DNA of 64,000 nucleotides, from NCBI RefSeq assembly GCF_964213995.1, contig NC_135820.1, positions 46,128,001 through 46,192,000 on the forward strand. Direction: 5' to 3'. The notes under the pieces were generated by a model. It saw only the letters and a list, made by a program, of their open reading frames with translations, was not told the DNA's origin and ran no database searches. A program made the position numbers and the translations under genes. Positions 35,251 to 48,483 of the stretch are shown here, in pieces. Position 1 is the first letter of the stretch, and each line of letters opens with the position of its first letter. The DNA comes from Mustelus asterias (taxonomy: Eukaryota).

Positions 35251-36616
35251 ACGCTCTGGGTTGCACTCTCCCCAAAACCAGAAAATCCTACCAGAGATCA
35301 ACGGACCTTTGTATGGTCCTCCCCCCTCCCCCCAATCTGCTGCGATTGCCGTGGCAGGCGGCACGGGAAAATTCCGCCCTCTGCCATTTTTTAGAAACTC
35401 CCACCCTATCTTTTATTCGCCAAGTGTATCAAAGATTAAAGGATGCGATTTTCCAGCTGCGCTCGCCCTGAAACTGGAAAATCCCACGCGAGGTCAATGG
35501 ACCTTTCCATGGTCTGCCCCTCACCTGCTACGATTCCCATGGGGGCGGAATGGGAAAATTTACCCCATATCGTCAGAGCGAGTGGATGGAGCTAAGATTC
35601 AGATTTTAGAAATAGTGGAACAGGCTTAATGGCTTACACTTGCTCCTATGTTCAAAGCAGCTCTTTTATTGTGTACCATGCACTTTCATATCTAGCTGGG
35701 CATATACTCAAGCTACTATTGAAAACTTACATCCTTGGTACATTGTATACAAAATTGCTTTAAATGTGACCAACCTATTTGATGCGTGCCGTTAAGATAT
35801 TAAGTTAAGAACAATTTTTCACGATCAGTTATCCAGTCACCAATATAATAAGTATGTAGATAGAGTTTAATCAGAGTTTAAATTGGTTATAACACTAGTA
35901 ATACAGCAGAAACATACAGCTATGTCATGTAACGAGTACTGATCAAGGTTGAAAAGGATAGCTAGCATGAGCAAACTGCTCTTTTTTCCCTTCTTTCTCT
36001 TTTCTTCTCAGCGCCTTGCCTTTTCTCAAAGTCTTCCAAACTACCCAGCAGTGCTAGAACAAAGCCAGCATGCATCTACTCATATGCTATCCTCTTCACC
36101 ACCTATCCCAGTGGCTTCTTCAAAAACTGATCCTTTTCAGATTATTTTTCAGGTGTGTACCTCGGTGTTATGTTAATTATCCTGGAAAACATCTTGACAT
36201 AGTGTGCAATGGTATGTCAAGCTCCTTGCTGAAACTACAGAGTAAAAGCCTACCCTTAAGTTGCCTACCACCTTCCATGGCCTGTTAAAGCCATTGTATG
36301 TACATTCTGCCCTTGATCAACCAGGTCTTTACATCATTCTCCCTTATTTTATTTTATGGTATTCTTCATGATCAATTATCTTGCTCCCTCAAAACATTTC
36401 ATCTCTCCAAGTGCTCTCCCACAGTTGCAGAGGGCTCTTCCGACCATAGCCCCCTTTCAGGTTAGCTGCACCTGTTATCACTTGATAATAATCATTCCAC
36501 TCATGTTGTTTCCAGAGAAACAACAATCCTAAGCAGTTCCAGTGAAGTTGAAACTCATAGCACCAACTTAATCCAAAATGCTCACTTAATGACACACAAG
36601 CTGGTCTACAGCCTGG

Positions 36617-37382
36617 TGTGACAATACTTTGCCTTTAAGAAATGTATTTATATCATGTTTCTTGTAAAGGGTTTGTTCAGAATTCAATTCTGTTTAAACA
36701 GCGCCAATTTGTCAGTTCTAGGCAACCCACATGCTGAGAATGCAGAAGAATAACTTATCCTAGAAAATGGGGTGTTTTTAAAAAATCTGAGCTAGCGCAT
36801 TTTTGTATATTTTAGGCTTTCCCCTGGGGTTTCGGAGTAGAGTTTAATTAGGTTGATTGACATGAGGCAGAGTCATGTGAATAGGAAGGGCTATGCTTAG
36901 ACAGTCAAGTGGGCAGATTCTGCTTGGGTCTGCAAGAAACAAGAGGTATTTCTCTCGCTCTCTCGAGGTTGCTGCTTGAGTGTCAGAAGGCAGATGTCTC
37001 TCTACATATCTTTCTCCCGGGTCCTCAAAGGTTCTGGAAATGGTAACAAGTACAAATCACGCAAGCCTGTTGTTTCCTGACTGATGTTTGAAGAGGAGTT
37101 TAAGTCTGTTAGGAATATTGCTTAAATTGGAACTAATAGAGATAGGTTAGCAGTTAAGAATTGTATCTTGTCATGTTTAAGTATTTCAATTGTTAAAAGT
37201 TGAGCTAATTCATTTGTTGTATTTGAACTGTATTGTTGAATAAAGTTTGTTTTGATAAAAGCTTCCTAGTATGTCAACAGAATCACAGCTGGAGTGAAAC
37301 ACCTTATCCTCACACTAATGCCAAAATAAAAAATATTCGGGCTTTATAATATACTTTGGGGTTTCTGATCTGGCCCCTAACA
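36617..37382 (+). repeat. Solo LTR of a second LTR-element family
   Basis: TGT..ACA ends, 4-bp TSD CTGG at 36613-16 and 37383-86, AATAAA at ~37239. Confidence 0.7.
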
Positions 37383-38126
37383 CTGGTCATGGATGCCATC
37401 AATGACCCCAACCTACTTTGGAAAATATCATAGCTCGGCAACATGTTATCCTATTGCCCCAGTTTAGTGTGAAACGAATGAAGGTTTGTACTATGTTGAC
37501 CAGTCGCCTGTATGATATATGAGTAAGCATATATGAGTGGGTGAGTGTATGAGTGGGTGAAACTACCTAGCAATGGTACCTAGTCATAGCTCTAAAAGAT
37601 GTTCTTTCAGCTTGCTTCACTTCAAGCATGAATAATACATTTGTGGCCATTTGAGTTCATCCCGTCATTAATTTTAACTTGTCTTTGTTTGCCATCATTC
37701 ATGGGATTCTTCCCTGAGATACCTTGTCACTCGCTGAGCTGCTGTGCAAGTTGGTATTGTAAGGTTTCCTTTCTCAGAATCCCTATTTTTCAGCTGTCCC
37801 TTTTACTGCTGAAGCCTTGAAAATATTTCAATCTGTCAGTCTTCAAACAAATTAATGTATAATATTTGACTATTCTCGACTTCAGATAAACTTTACACGC
37901 TGTGAGGAGAAAAAGCAATCTAAAAAGAAAAAATATCTGCCAACAAAATATATTATACGATAAAAACAGAAAAATAACAAAAATGTTTCTGACTGTGGAA
38001 GTGAGCCATCACACATATGATTTTCCTTGTGTCTACTCCAGATGGGAAAATATAGCATTCAGCATAACTCTGTCTCAAATGGACAGAAAGTCATTGAATC
38101 TACTGTAATTTTGATATCAAACTTGA

Positions 38127-38960
38127 GCTTACGTGAGGTTTACTAGATTGATACCAGGTGAGACAGCCTGGACTTGTTTTCATTGGAGTTGAGAAGAGTG
38201 AGGGGTGACTTAATTAAAGGTAATAAGATCCTGAACTGTCTTGACAAGGTGGACTTGGAAAGGATGTTTCCTCTTGTGGGTGAGTCCATAACAATGGGAC
38301 ACTGTTTTAAAATTACGGCTCACTCTGATAAGGGAGAAGTGAGGAGAATCTTTTTCCCCCAGAACGTTGTGCGACATTTGTATTCTCTGTCTCCGAAGGC
38401 AGTGGAGGTGGGGTCATAGAATCCCTACATTGCAGAAGGAGGCCATTCAGCCCATTCAGTCCTCACTAACTCTCCCTCAGAGCATCCTTTTCCAAGCCCA
38501 AACCCCGCCCCATTCCTGATACCCCACGCACTTACCCCACTAATCCCCCTAACCTAGGGACATCTTGGGACACCTAGGGAAATTTTAGTATGGCCAATCC
38601 ACCTAACCCGCACACCTTTGGACAGTGGAAACTGGAGCACCCAGACGAAACCCATGCAGGCACAGGGAGAACATGCAAACTCCACACAGTCACCCAAGGC
38701 TGGAATTGGAACCCGGGTCCCTAGTACTGTGAGGCAGCAGTGCTAACCACTGTGCCACCATGCCACCCATTAATCATTGAATATTTCTAAGGAAGAGATA
38801 GATAGCTTCTTATTCAGCAAGGGAATCAAAGGTTGCCAGGAGTGAATGGAAATGTGGAACTTAAAACACAAACAGATCAGCCATAATCTTATCAACTAGT
38901 GGAGCTGGCTCAAGGGGCCAAATGGCCTACTTCTGCTCTTATTTTGTATGTTCGTATTAT
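38127..38960 (+). mobile_element. CR1 3' fragment with an HE1-like SINE (~38415-38768, minus) nested inside
   Basis: FSLELRRVRGDLIK..MFPLVGES..GHCFK and CR1 3'UTR. SINE head and tail are reversed inside it. Confidence 0.8.
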
Positions 38961-39880
38961 ATGTGAGTCCACTTTTGACTAATTTAAAAGGCACATTTGA
39001 AGATCATACTGGGAATAAACTAGCTGTACAGGTGTGAGAGATTTCTTCCAACTCCCCCAACATCTGCTCGACTCCAACGCTACCGTCCAGAATGGCTGTG
39101 GCTACAAATTTCAATTACTTATTTATAAAGCATTTAAATTATTATTTCAGCTGATATTAGTTGTATTCAGTGTATCGTGGTTTTATTATGCACATATAAT
39201 GGGGGAATGCAGCTTTATTTCAGGTAATGGTGTCTGCTGCCTACAAGTCTTGACCAAGGTTAATGAGCTGATGATGAGATGTATAAATAATGAAACGTGA
39301 GACAAAAAATATTATTGTGCATTCAAACCCTGTTTGTGGGGCTTGGGAAGGGCAGTGTAAAAGACGGAGGCATTGATTACATCAGAGAATTGCAAAGTCA
39401 ATTTACTGCTTCCTATAAATAAGCCAAACTGAAAAGAAATAATCAAGTATCTTGATAAGCATTCTCATACAGTCATATAAACAACTGATAGAGATATCAG
39501 CTTAAATTCTGTGCTTCACCCAAATGGAAATTGGATATGAGAGCATAGTAACGCAAATTGTCTAACCTGTGCTTCCAACATGGAGCATGGGATTGTGGAA
39601 TGAAATATACCTTCTGAATGCTGAACTAAACTAGCCAATGGTGGCAATTTTCAGTCACAGTATTGTGTTTCGTGCCTCAAAGTGGCCAGCTTGAAAATTG
39701 AGGTCAAAAGGCTCACTCCATCGCTTTTCAAAACTTGCCTGTCGCCTGGCCATTCAAATATGGTGGAGGGCTGATTGCCACACCCCAGGAATGGGCGAGA
39801 TTATGGATTAAAGTAGGTGATATTTAGGACAGGACGGCCATGTTGTTCAAAGGTCAGTTCGAGGTCAGACATAATGCCAC

Positions 39881-40368
39881 AAAAACAGAAAATGCTGGAA
39901 AATCTCAGCAAACTCTGACAGCATCTGTGGAGAGAGAATAGAGTCCAACGTTTTGAGTCTGGATGACCCTTTGTCAGAACTAAGAGCAAAGAAAATCAGA
40001 AGAGATTTATACTATGAGGGTGGCTGGGGGGGGGAGGGGGTTAATAGTGCAAAGGGAATGTAAATGATAATGAGGAAGGCCAAGAGAGGTGCTAAAAGTG
40101 TATATTAAGTGATCAGAATGTGTGAATGGCAGAACAGAGATACAGATTGTTATGGGACTGCCTGAGGAATGTGACAGTTGCCCTAAAGGGGGTTGGGTAG
40201 GGGGGTTGGCAGAAAAATGGAGAATGAGAATGGAGAAGTGGAAGAATAGAAGTGAGAATGAAGGATGATAAAAATGGAATGAAAAGTAGAAATGAAATAA
40301 ACTTGCTGAGATTTTCCAGCACTTTTTGTTTTTGTTTCAGGTTCCAGCATCCGCAGTATTTTGCTTCG
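39881..40368. mobile_element. Non-autonomous Penelope-like element (second family) with inverted termini
   Basis: Inverted AAAAACAGAAAATGCTGGAAAATCTCAGCAA ends, perfect 14-bp TSD AGACATAATGCCAC at 39867-80 and 40369-82, decayed hammerhead at 39942-39981. Confidence 0.7.
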
Positions 40369-40479
40369 AGACATAATGCCACGCCTGTGAACAAACTCAC
40401 TCCGCCTGAGAAATGGCAGTGGATGATAAGTTGAAGTTGCTGATGAAGGTATAGGAATTAGTATGACCTGAATATAATT

Positions 40480-41450
40480 GCCATCTTCTTCTTAATGTTT
40501 AGTGAGAGAAAATTACAATTCATCCGGGATCAATCGTTGGACAGTTTGTCTGATTGCACGGAGTGCAATGGAGACATCATGTTGAATTGTGGAAAGTTAG
40601 AACTGGTTGTCCTCAGTATTCAGAAAGTTCCATGAATGTGGTTGATAGCAACGGGTCTCAGGTCGATCAAGAAAAAGAGGGGACTTTGGATTGATATTTG
40701 GGAGCTTGCGAGAAGATGGTGCAAGGATGAGAACACAAGCCATTGCTGGATATGCTGTGAATACGATTCAATAAGTGCAGTGGAACCAAGGAAAGACAAT
40801 TCCCCCCCAAAGTTGACCATGCTGAGAGCTGCAAAGGGTTGAAGAGGGGATAGTCTACCATGGTCCTCATAGAAACTGTTGTTAGTCACTTTGTGAAGGA
40901 CAGTTTCAATGCTTTGGAAGTGGCAAAAGTCTGATTGAAACTTGATGCCAGGCAGATAGTCAGATGGTACAGAAACTGCCTTTAGAGTCAACTGGCCAGC
41001 TTACATATGGAAATTAACCCATGCTGGGGGATAATGTTGCAGATGGGTAACCTGTAGCTGAGTGATATGAGATGACCAAAGAATAGAAAACTTGAGCTCA
41101 GACACACATCTGAGTAATGAGAGGAAAATCTGTTTGAGGAAATGTATTGGCTGCATTCTGGGAAATAGAATCAGAACGGTTCAAGGACAGTGAGCCATAC
41201 TGCAATCTGGCAGGGTATCTTTAGTGATTTGAACCAGAATGGGTTTGCTGGTGTGCACTGGTCATAAATCAGATTTTGGGTACTCAAGCATGGAGAGAAT
41301 GTAGTACTGAGTACTTATGACTCAATCAAGGACCTTGGAGAGAGAAGACATGTTTTAAACAGCTTGGTGGTTTCCCAGAAAATATGAGTTTTTGTAAGGA
41401 CGGGTGGGTGATGAGAGTGATTTAAAGAAATATTTGGGAAAATGTTGCAA
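40480..41450 (-). pseudogene. Ancient L2/CR1-group LINE RT relic
   Basis: FQSDFCHFQSIETVLHKVTN..., resembling the FQSGFR..HSTETAL.KVTND motif. Confidence 0.55.
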
Positions 41451-41467
41451 AAATCAATAGATACACA

Positions 41468-43233
41468 GGGCCCGATTTTACCAAAGCTTCGCGCCCGAAA
41501 ACGGGCGCGAAATGGCAGTAAAGTTGGGCGCAGGCCTATGCCGCGATCCACACCCGATTCCTAGCGGATCGCAACTTTACCAACGGCCGATTCGGGCGCC
41601 ATTCCAGTGCGCGCCCAAATCGGCCAGCGCGACGATTTAAATGCATTTGCATGCATTTAAATCGACTTAATGAAGCGCACGCCCAACTTTACCATCAACT
41701 CCCCCTTTACCAGCGTTCGGCCCAATTCGCATCCGTGCCTTTACCGACCTGATAAATAAAAGTCCAACTTGTACTTTTATTCGGCAGGGGAATCGCCGAG
41801 GCCCACCCTTCGCGGACACCCCCTCTAACCACCCCGGCAGACCCTCCTCCCCCGGGATCGGACACGTCTGGGAGGCAGGCCCCCCGGCAGAGCACACATC
41901 TAACCTACCTTGATCGTGGTCTCCCTCCACCATCCTTCCTGCTCACCTTCAGTCCTTCGACAGCCTGCAGCACGTTCCTGGACACTGACTTTGAGCCACG
42001 GCTGAAGTGACCGGGCTTCACACAGGTCCACTGGCGTCTGCCGGAGGAGGGGGGGTGGGCCCAGTTGGAACTTTAGTGGAGGGTGGGGGGGGGGGGGGGG
42101 TGGGCCCAGTTGGAACTTTAGTGGGTGGGGGGGGAGGGGTGGGATGAGGAGAGGGGGTGGGTCCACATCGCCCTCTTGGGGGGGGTGCTGGGAGGGGAAG
42201 GGGTGTGACTTATCATCCCCTGGGGGGGTGGGAGGGGAGTGGGGGGGTGACGTCTCATCCTCTGGGTGGTGGGGGGGGTGGAGGGGGTGTGACCCTCATC
42301 CTCTGGTCGGGGGGTTCCGCTGCCTGTCTGCGGCCGATCCCTCCTGGCACCATTACTGGTACACTACCAGCCACAGCCATCTCTCCCGCTCTCTCGCACC
42401 TGCAGGGAAGAGTAATCTGTGGCTGGTAGTGTACCAGTGATGGTGCCGGGGGGATCAGCCGCAGACAGGCAGCGGAACCCCCCCCGACCAGAAGATGATA
42501 CGTCACACCCCCTCTCCACTCAGCACCCCCCCCCCCCCCCCGCCATCCCCCCAAGGAATGAGACATCACACCACCCCTTCCCTTCCCCAGGGAATGAGGC
42601 ATCACACCCCCTCCCCTCCCGCCCCCCCCAGGGAATGAGACGTCACACACCCTCTCCCCACCCCAGGAATGAGGCGTCACACCCGGCCCCCCACCCCCCC
42701 CAGGGAATGAGACGTCACACCCCCTCCCCTCCCGCCCCCCCAGGGAATGAGATGTCACACCCCCCCCCCCCCCCCCCCCGGGGAATGAGACGTCACACTC
42801 CCTCTCCCCCGCCCCCATCCCCCAGGGGATGAGACATCACACCCTCTCTCCGCCCCCCCCAGGAATGAGACGTCACACCTCCCCTCCCCTCACCCCCCCC
42901 CCCCCCCCCCCCCCCAGGGGATGAGACTTCACACCCCCTCTCCCCCCCACCCCCCAGGGAATGAGATATCACACCCCCCTCCCCTCTCACCCCCCCAGGG
43001 GATGATAAGTCACACCCCTTCCCCTCCCCCCCCCCCCCCCCCCACCAGAGGATGAACAGCAGAGAGGCTCTCTCCACTCTCTGCTTTTTGCTTCGCGCCC
43101 GGGCACATTCTGTCAGATTGTTCCGGCGGCGCTAAGCCCCGCCCATTGGACTGGCGCCGGAAAAAAGCGTATGGGCGCGGGCTCGGATCTATTTGACGCC
43201 CGCACCCGGCACTTAGTCTCTAAATGGTAAAAT
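41468..43233. mobile_element. Harbinger-type element copy 3 with fold-back centre and minisatellite; right TIR truncated
   Basis: Left TIR GGGCCCGATTTTACCA; right end ...TGGTAAAAT. Long subterminal homology to copy 2. Confidence 0.85.
42490..43030 (+). repeat. GC-rich minisatellite, ~13 units of ~35-55 bp
   Basis: Core (C)nAGGGAATGAGACGTCACAC(C)n is repeated. Confidence 0.85.
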
Positions 43234-44919
43234 GTCAGTAAGTGTGAGCTGAGAAAGGAAGATTGTGTTTCAAGAGTTGCACAGGAAGGGAGTTGAGGAA
43301 ACAATTATCTGTAGGAATTGAATCTGATGAATGTCGCTTGGGATGTGGAGGAAAAATGTGCAAAGAACGGTGACTGGGTTTAGAGGCTAGTCAAGAGATG
43401 CAGGAAGATGACTGGATGGAAGATGGAGGAGGCTTCATTTCAGCAAGAAATTAGACTCATAAATAGAATCTGAGGGGAAGGTGTGTAGAAGGAAATTGGA
43501 AGAGAAAAATAAAAGCTGTACTAATCCTTTTTCAAAATACCTGCAAACTTTTATTGCGAATTGCACGTTTGATGAAGATATTGATCCACTTTTGAATCTT
43601 TGTAACTAGGCACACATACTGTTTGCATGGTATTAACATTTCAACCTGATAATCTATGTATTGACACGCACTGCTCTTAAATTAACCAGCAACGTAGGGT
43701 TGGTTATAGTTATATCGATATTCAGTAAGAGAGTACATGTAAATGCAGTCGACCAGAACAATATTCAGCCTATATAGCTTGCAAGGTAAATCATGTTTGT
43801 ACCACACAATCACTACAGGACATAATGATAATAAAGTGGAGAGTTAATGATTACATCAGTTTAAATTCTTGACATAAGTTTAATCATTGAAAAAGGTTAT
43901 TCAAGGTTTGAAAGTATTATTTCAGCAATGACCTTTTCATGTCTTTTTGGCGTGTGCGTGCCTGTGTGTGTGTATATTACTCATATATTATTAGATCTGA
44001 CTTAAATATGGAGACTGAGTTCAATATATCCAAATTTGAAGGCTAAACAAAGTTAGATGGGGAATTCAGCTGTAATGAGGACATAAAGTTTTGAATATTA
44101 CCAGCCCTTAGGGAACAGCGGAGGCAGAAAATGATCCTTAATTGCCATTGAAGTGGTTCATTTGAACTCCAGACTGTCTGTCACCTTTTTGCACTGGTAA
44201 TATGGAATGATGCTTGGAAGAAGATAGACATACTACCCGCTGACTGTGCCATTTTGCCAATCTTCCCACATTCCAGCTCACACTTACTGACATTGTGTAC
44301 CTATTGCTTTTTGCAAACATTTTCCCAAATATTTTTTGAACTCACTCTCATCACCCACTTCCCACCCCCCCCACCCCACCCACCCAACCCTCCCACACCT
44401 TACCCCCTTTACTGTGCCGCATCCAAAAGTTGCCAGGTTGGTCATTTTGGAGGCAAGACCACTGTCAATTCCTTAAGATCAATGATATACAACATAAAAT
44501 AAGTGTCCAGAAAGCCCGAATGGCTTCAGGAAAGAAACAAAAGAACATTTCCAAAAAAGGGATCCAGAATCTGCTGTAAAGGTCCTCTTTGAGTCACCCT
44601 TCCTGTTTTCTGACTATGATATGTGGCGGAATTGACATCCCTCATGCTCCTATGGTGCAAGATGGAATAGGATTCTCCCATCACCATGTTTGTTTAATAA
44701 AATGAGGCATCGTCCTGCTTCAAATTCCCAGTAGCTCCCAGCAACCACCCCAGCCTGACATTCTACCCACTGGCCAGATCTGCTGTTGATACAAATCTAG
44801 GTCGGAAAGTAAGTTGTGAGGAGGATATAACGAGTCTGCAAAGGGATAGAGATATGTTAAGTGAGTGGAAATACATCTGACAGAGAGTATGATGTGGGGA
44901 AATTTGAGGTTGTCCACAT

Positions 44920-45900
44920 CGGCTGGTCTTATAGCCACTGTACACAGAGCAGATATAGCCACAGGTTCTTTACAATGGAAGACTCAGCCTTGGTAAGGCC
45001 ATTGAATGTGAAGGAGTGATAGCTAGATTCTCTGCTGTTGGAGATAATCATCGGTTGTAACTTTCTGGCTGTTTGGACCGGTGGGATCTTTCAGTCCCAC
45101 CATCGGCATACCCACACCTCGGGTTTCATGGCAGCAAGACATGCATTCAATAGGAAATCCCACTGACAACTGTGGCAACAAAGACCCTGTCGCCAACCAA
45201 TGGCAGATTGCCTCCTACAGCCACAAAACACGTGGCCGATTACACGGTAAATCCTGCCCATTGTCTGACACTTGTGTGGCATGAATGTTAAATGTCACGT
45301 CTCAGCCCAAGCCTGAATATAGACATGGATTACTTTAATACCTGAAGAGTTGTAAATGGTGATGAACACTATGCAATCATTAGCAAATATTTCTAATCCT
45401 GACCTTAGGATGGAGGGAAAGTCATTGATGGGATGACTGAAGGTGGTTGTGCCTGGGACACTATCCTGAATAATTTCTGCAGTGACATCCTGGGGTTGAG
45501 ATGATTGGCCTCCAACAAGAACAATGATCTTCCTTCATGCTGGGTATAACTCCAACCAATAAAGAGATTACTTCCTGTTTCCCAGTGACTTCAGTTTTGC
45601 TGGGGCTTCTTGATGCCATTTGGTGAAGTGCTGCCTTGATGTCAACAGCAGTCACTCTCACTTCATCACTTGAATCTAGCTCTTTTGTCAATGGTTGTAT
45701 CAACAATGTAATTAGGTCAGAAGCCAAATGGTCCTGCCCGAAATCAAACTGCATTGATGAGCAAGTTATGGCTGCAAAAGTGGCACTTGATAGCACTGTT
45801 AACACCTTCCATCATTTGCCTGATGAGTGAGACTAGGCTAATGGAGTGATGATTGGCTGGATCGGATTTGCCTTGCTTTTTTTATGACAGTAACTGCATA
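44920..45900 (-). pseudogene. Old CR1/L2-group LINE RT relic
   Basis: QFDFGQDHLASDLITLLIQ..KELDSSDEVRVTAVDIKAA, a decayed QFGF...LDIKAAFD region. Confidence 0.65.
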
Positions 45901-48119
45901 GAGTTCCCACAGCAACAGGTCTTTGCCCACTTTTCTGATTGCGATCATTCACTTCAAACAGAAAATATTCCCTTTGCCACTTTGAAGTCTACCAGTTCAT
46001 GAAGAACTGTCTGTCGGAACTGAAACATTTAATCAGAGGAATGAAGAATCATAGAAATTACAGCAAGGAAGGAGGCCATTCAACCCTCATGTCCACATGG
46101 CCATCAATTAACCACCCAGTTTAATCCCACTTTCCAGCTATTGGTTAATGACCTTGTAGGTTACCACAATTCATACGTAAGTTATTTTTAAATGTTCCAA
46201 GGGTCTATCACCCATTCAGAAATTTAGATCTTCCGTCACTCTTTGAGTCAGAAATTTGCCTCTTGAATCCCCTCTAAACCTCCTACCCTTTTTTCTTAAT
46301 ATATAACTAGAAGGTAATGCTTTATTCGGAGCTGAAGGCGGATGATCAGAGATTATGGTTGAATTTATAGTGACCTCCCTTCCCTGATTCATACGAATGA
46401 GCATTGTAGCTTCACAAATTGGTAGAAAATGTACAAGTAATTATGGTTTATTAAACTGGATGCCCAAACCATTTGTATAATGCTTTTATTTAGCCTTTGT
46501 ATTCTTATAGCACTGTGCATGCAATTGGCTTAAGCATATCAGCAATAGTTTGAAGAAAACTAATTTAACAAAAGCTGTCTAGATAATCCAATAGTCTTGA
46601 TTCTAGTTTTAGGACCTTAGCCGGTCAGATTTAAGAAAGATAACACTCTGGAAAAATCAGAATTAGCTTTGCAGGATTTGTGATTTTCTGTCCTTTGTAC
46701 AGGTGAATGCTTAACAGTTTCCTTCATTCTACAGCTTTTGAAAGATTGGAATTTTTAATCACGTTTTCAGTTATTAAAACGAGTCTGTTCCAAGTAGCAA
46801 TTTGATCAGGATCACATATCATCTTTTCAGAATGACATTTATGGCTGAGATTACATTGAAACAGCTGCTACACCGTTGTTTCAGCTCCACTATGGCTTGT
46901 AGTTTGCAGGTAGCAGCCAAGGGATGGGTGAATGTCGTTGACCTCGAAGAAAGCTACCCACAAAGATTTTGCGTATTCTTTGGCGTGGAATTCACCTATC
47001 ATGTTGCCAAATTCATTCTGACACCATCACAACAGGAAACCAGGAAGCTGAAAGCATTCATTTACATTCACTTTATAATCATTTTGCAGAGGACGGCTTT
47101 AATATTGGGACAGACACATGAAATCAAGGTAGAAATTGAAATATCATAAACATTTTAATGAATGGAGAGAGTGATGGTCCAGATTACTAAAATTAGTTTT
47201 TCATGGCCAGATCATAATCATGTTCAGTGATTATCATTTAGCAAGCTGCTAAAAATGCAATTACACCTTAGTCAATAAAGCTATCTTTTTTGATGATTCT
47301 TACAATGCGAATGATGTTTACATTCACATCAAGTCAGGGATTCAGTGCTGATTCCATCTATGAAGATTTAGAAAACTCTCCCTGCAGAGGAGCAAAAGTA
47401 TCACTGATGGAAACTTCTATTCCTGTGTTTAACTTTACTTGCACGAACCCCATAAGTTACTGTTAGCTTTGCATGAATAATGGCAGACAGTTTCACCATC
47501 ATTACAACCACACATTCCAGACCATTATGTTCTGAAGCGTTTATAAGCTAATTTTCTTATCTGCAGTGCTTTGTTCCCCATCACAGTTTCACCCAAAGCG
47601 ATCCCTCTGCCTTTGATGTGGATCTCTGTCCTTTTTGAGGCATAATTAAAGTATTACATAACTTTAATTGTAATGTATCAAACTACCTCCTAACACTTGC
47701 GCTGAAAGCATTTGTGGGGAATAATTCATATCTTTCTCATTTAATTGTATTGCATGACTCAGAAGGCTTATGCTTTTTTAATTAACGCCTATTCTCCAAT
47801 TAAGTTCATTTCAATATATAAGTTAGCTTTAATCACAAAATTCATCAATTTATTATCTGTAATAACACAATGATTAAACTCCTGAGGATTTTCTAAAGGT
47901 TGAAACTTGTGGGAGTATATTATTAATGAAAAATTTACACTGGCACTAATAATGATTTTTTTTCACCCATTCACTGTCAAACAGCAGAATCCCACTCATT
48001 CTCTGGATATGGCTGTGACGCTCTTTATAAAGGATTACTTTTTGTTCCACATTGGCTTCATTTTACTCACTTTTTAGAACCTTGAGTAAATGCATGTTTT
48101 TACATACTGCATCAATCAT

Positions 48120-48483
48120 GGGGAGGCGATGGCCTAGTGGTATTATTGCTGGACTAATAATCCAAAAACTTAGCTAATATTCTGGGGACCCAGGTTTGAA
48201 TGCCATCATGGCAGGTGGTGGAATTTGAACTCATTAATTAAAAAATCTGGAATTAAGAATCTACTGATGACCATGAAACCATTGTTGATTGTTGGAAAAG
48301 CCCATCTGGTTCACTAATGTCCTTTTGGGAAGACAATCTGCCATCCTTACCTAGTCTGGCCTACATGTGACTCCAGATCCACAGCAATGCGGTTGACTCT
48401 CAACCACCCTAGGGCAACTAGTGAGGGGCAATAAATGCTGGCCAACCAGTGATGCCCATGTCCCATGAATGAATAAAAAAAAT
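48120..48483 (+). mobile_element. tRNA-derived SINE, further family
   Basis: TGGCCTAGTGG A box, GGTTTGAATGC B-box-like, ends AATAAATGCTGGCC...ATGAATGAATAAAAAAAA. Confidence 0.6.

Noticed and set aside
42490-43030. Regularly spaced repeats resembling a CRISPR array
   Set aside because: Spacers are low-complexity C-runs, there are no cas genes and the context is eukaryotic; this is a minisatellite.
43541-43645. Minus-strand 105-nt open segment (VEMLIPCKQY...NKSLQ) between AG and GT
   Set aside because: Poor acceptor and donor context and an unrecognised peptide.
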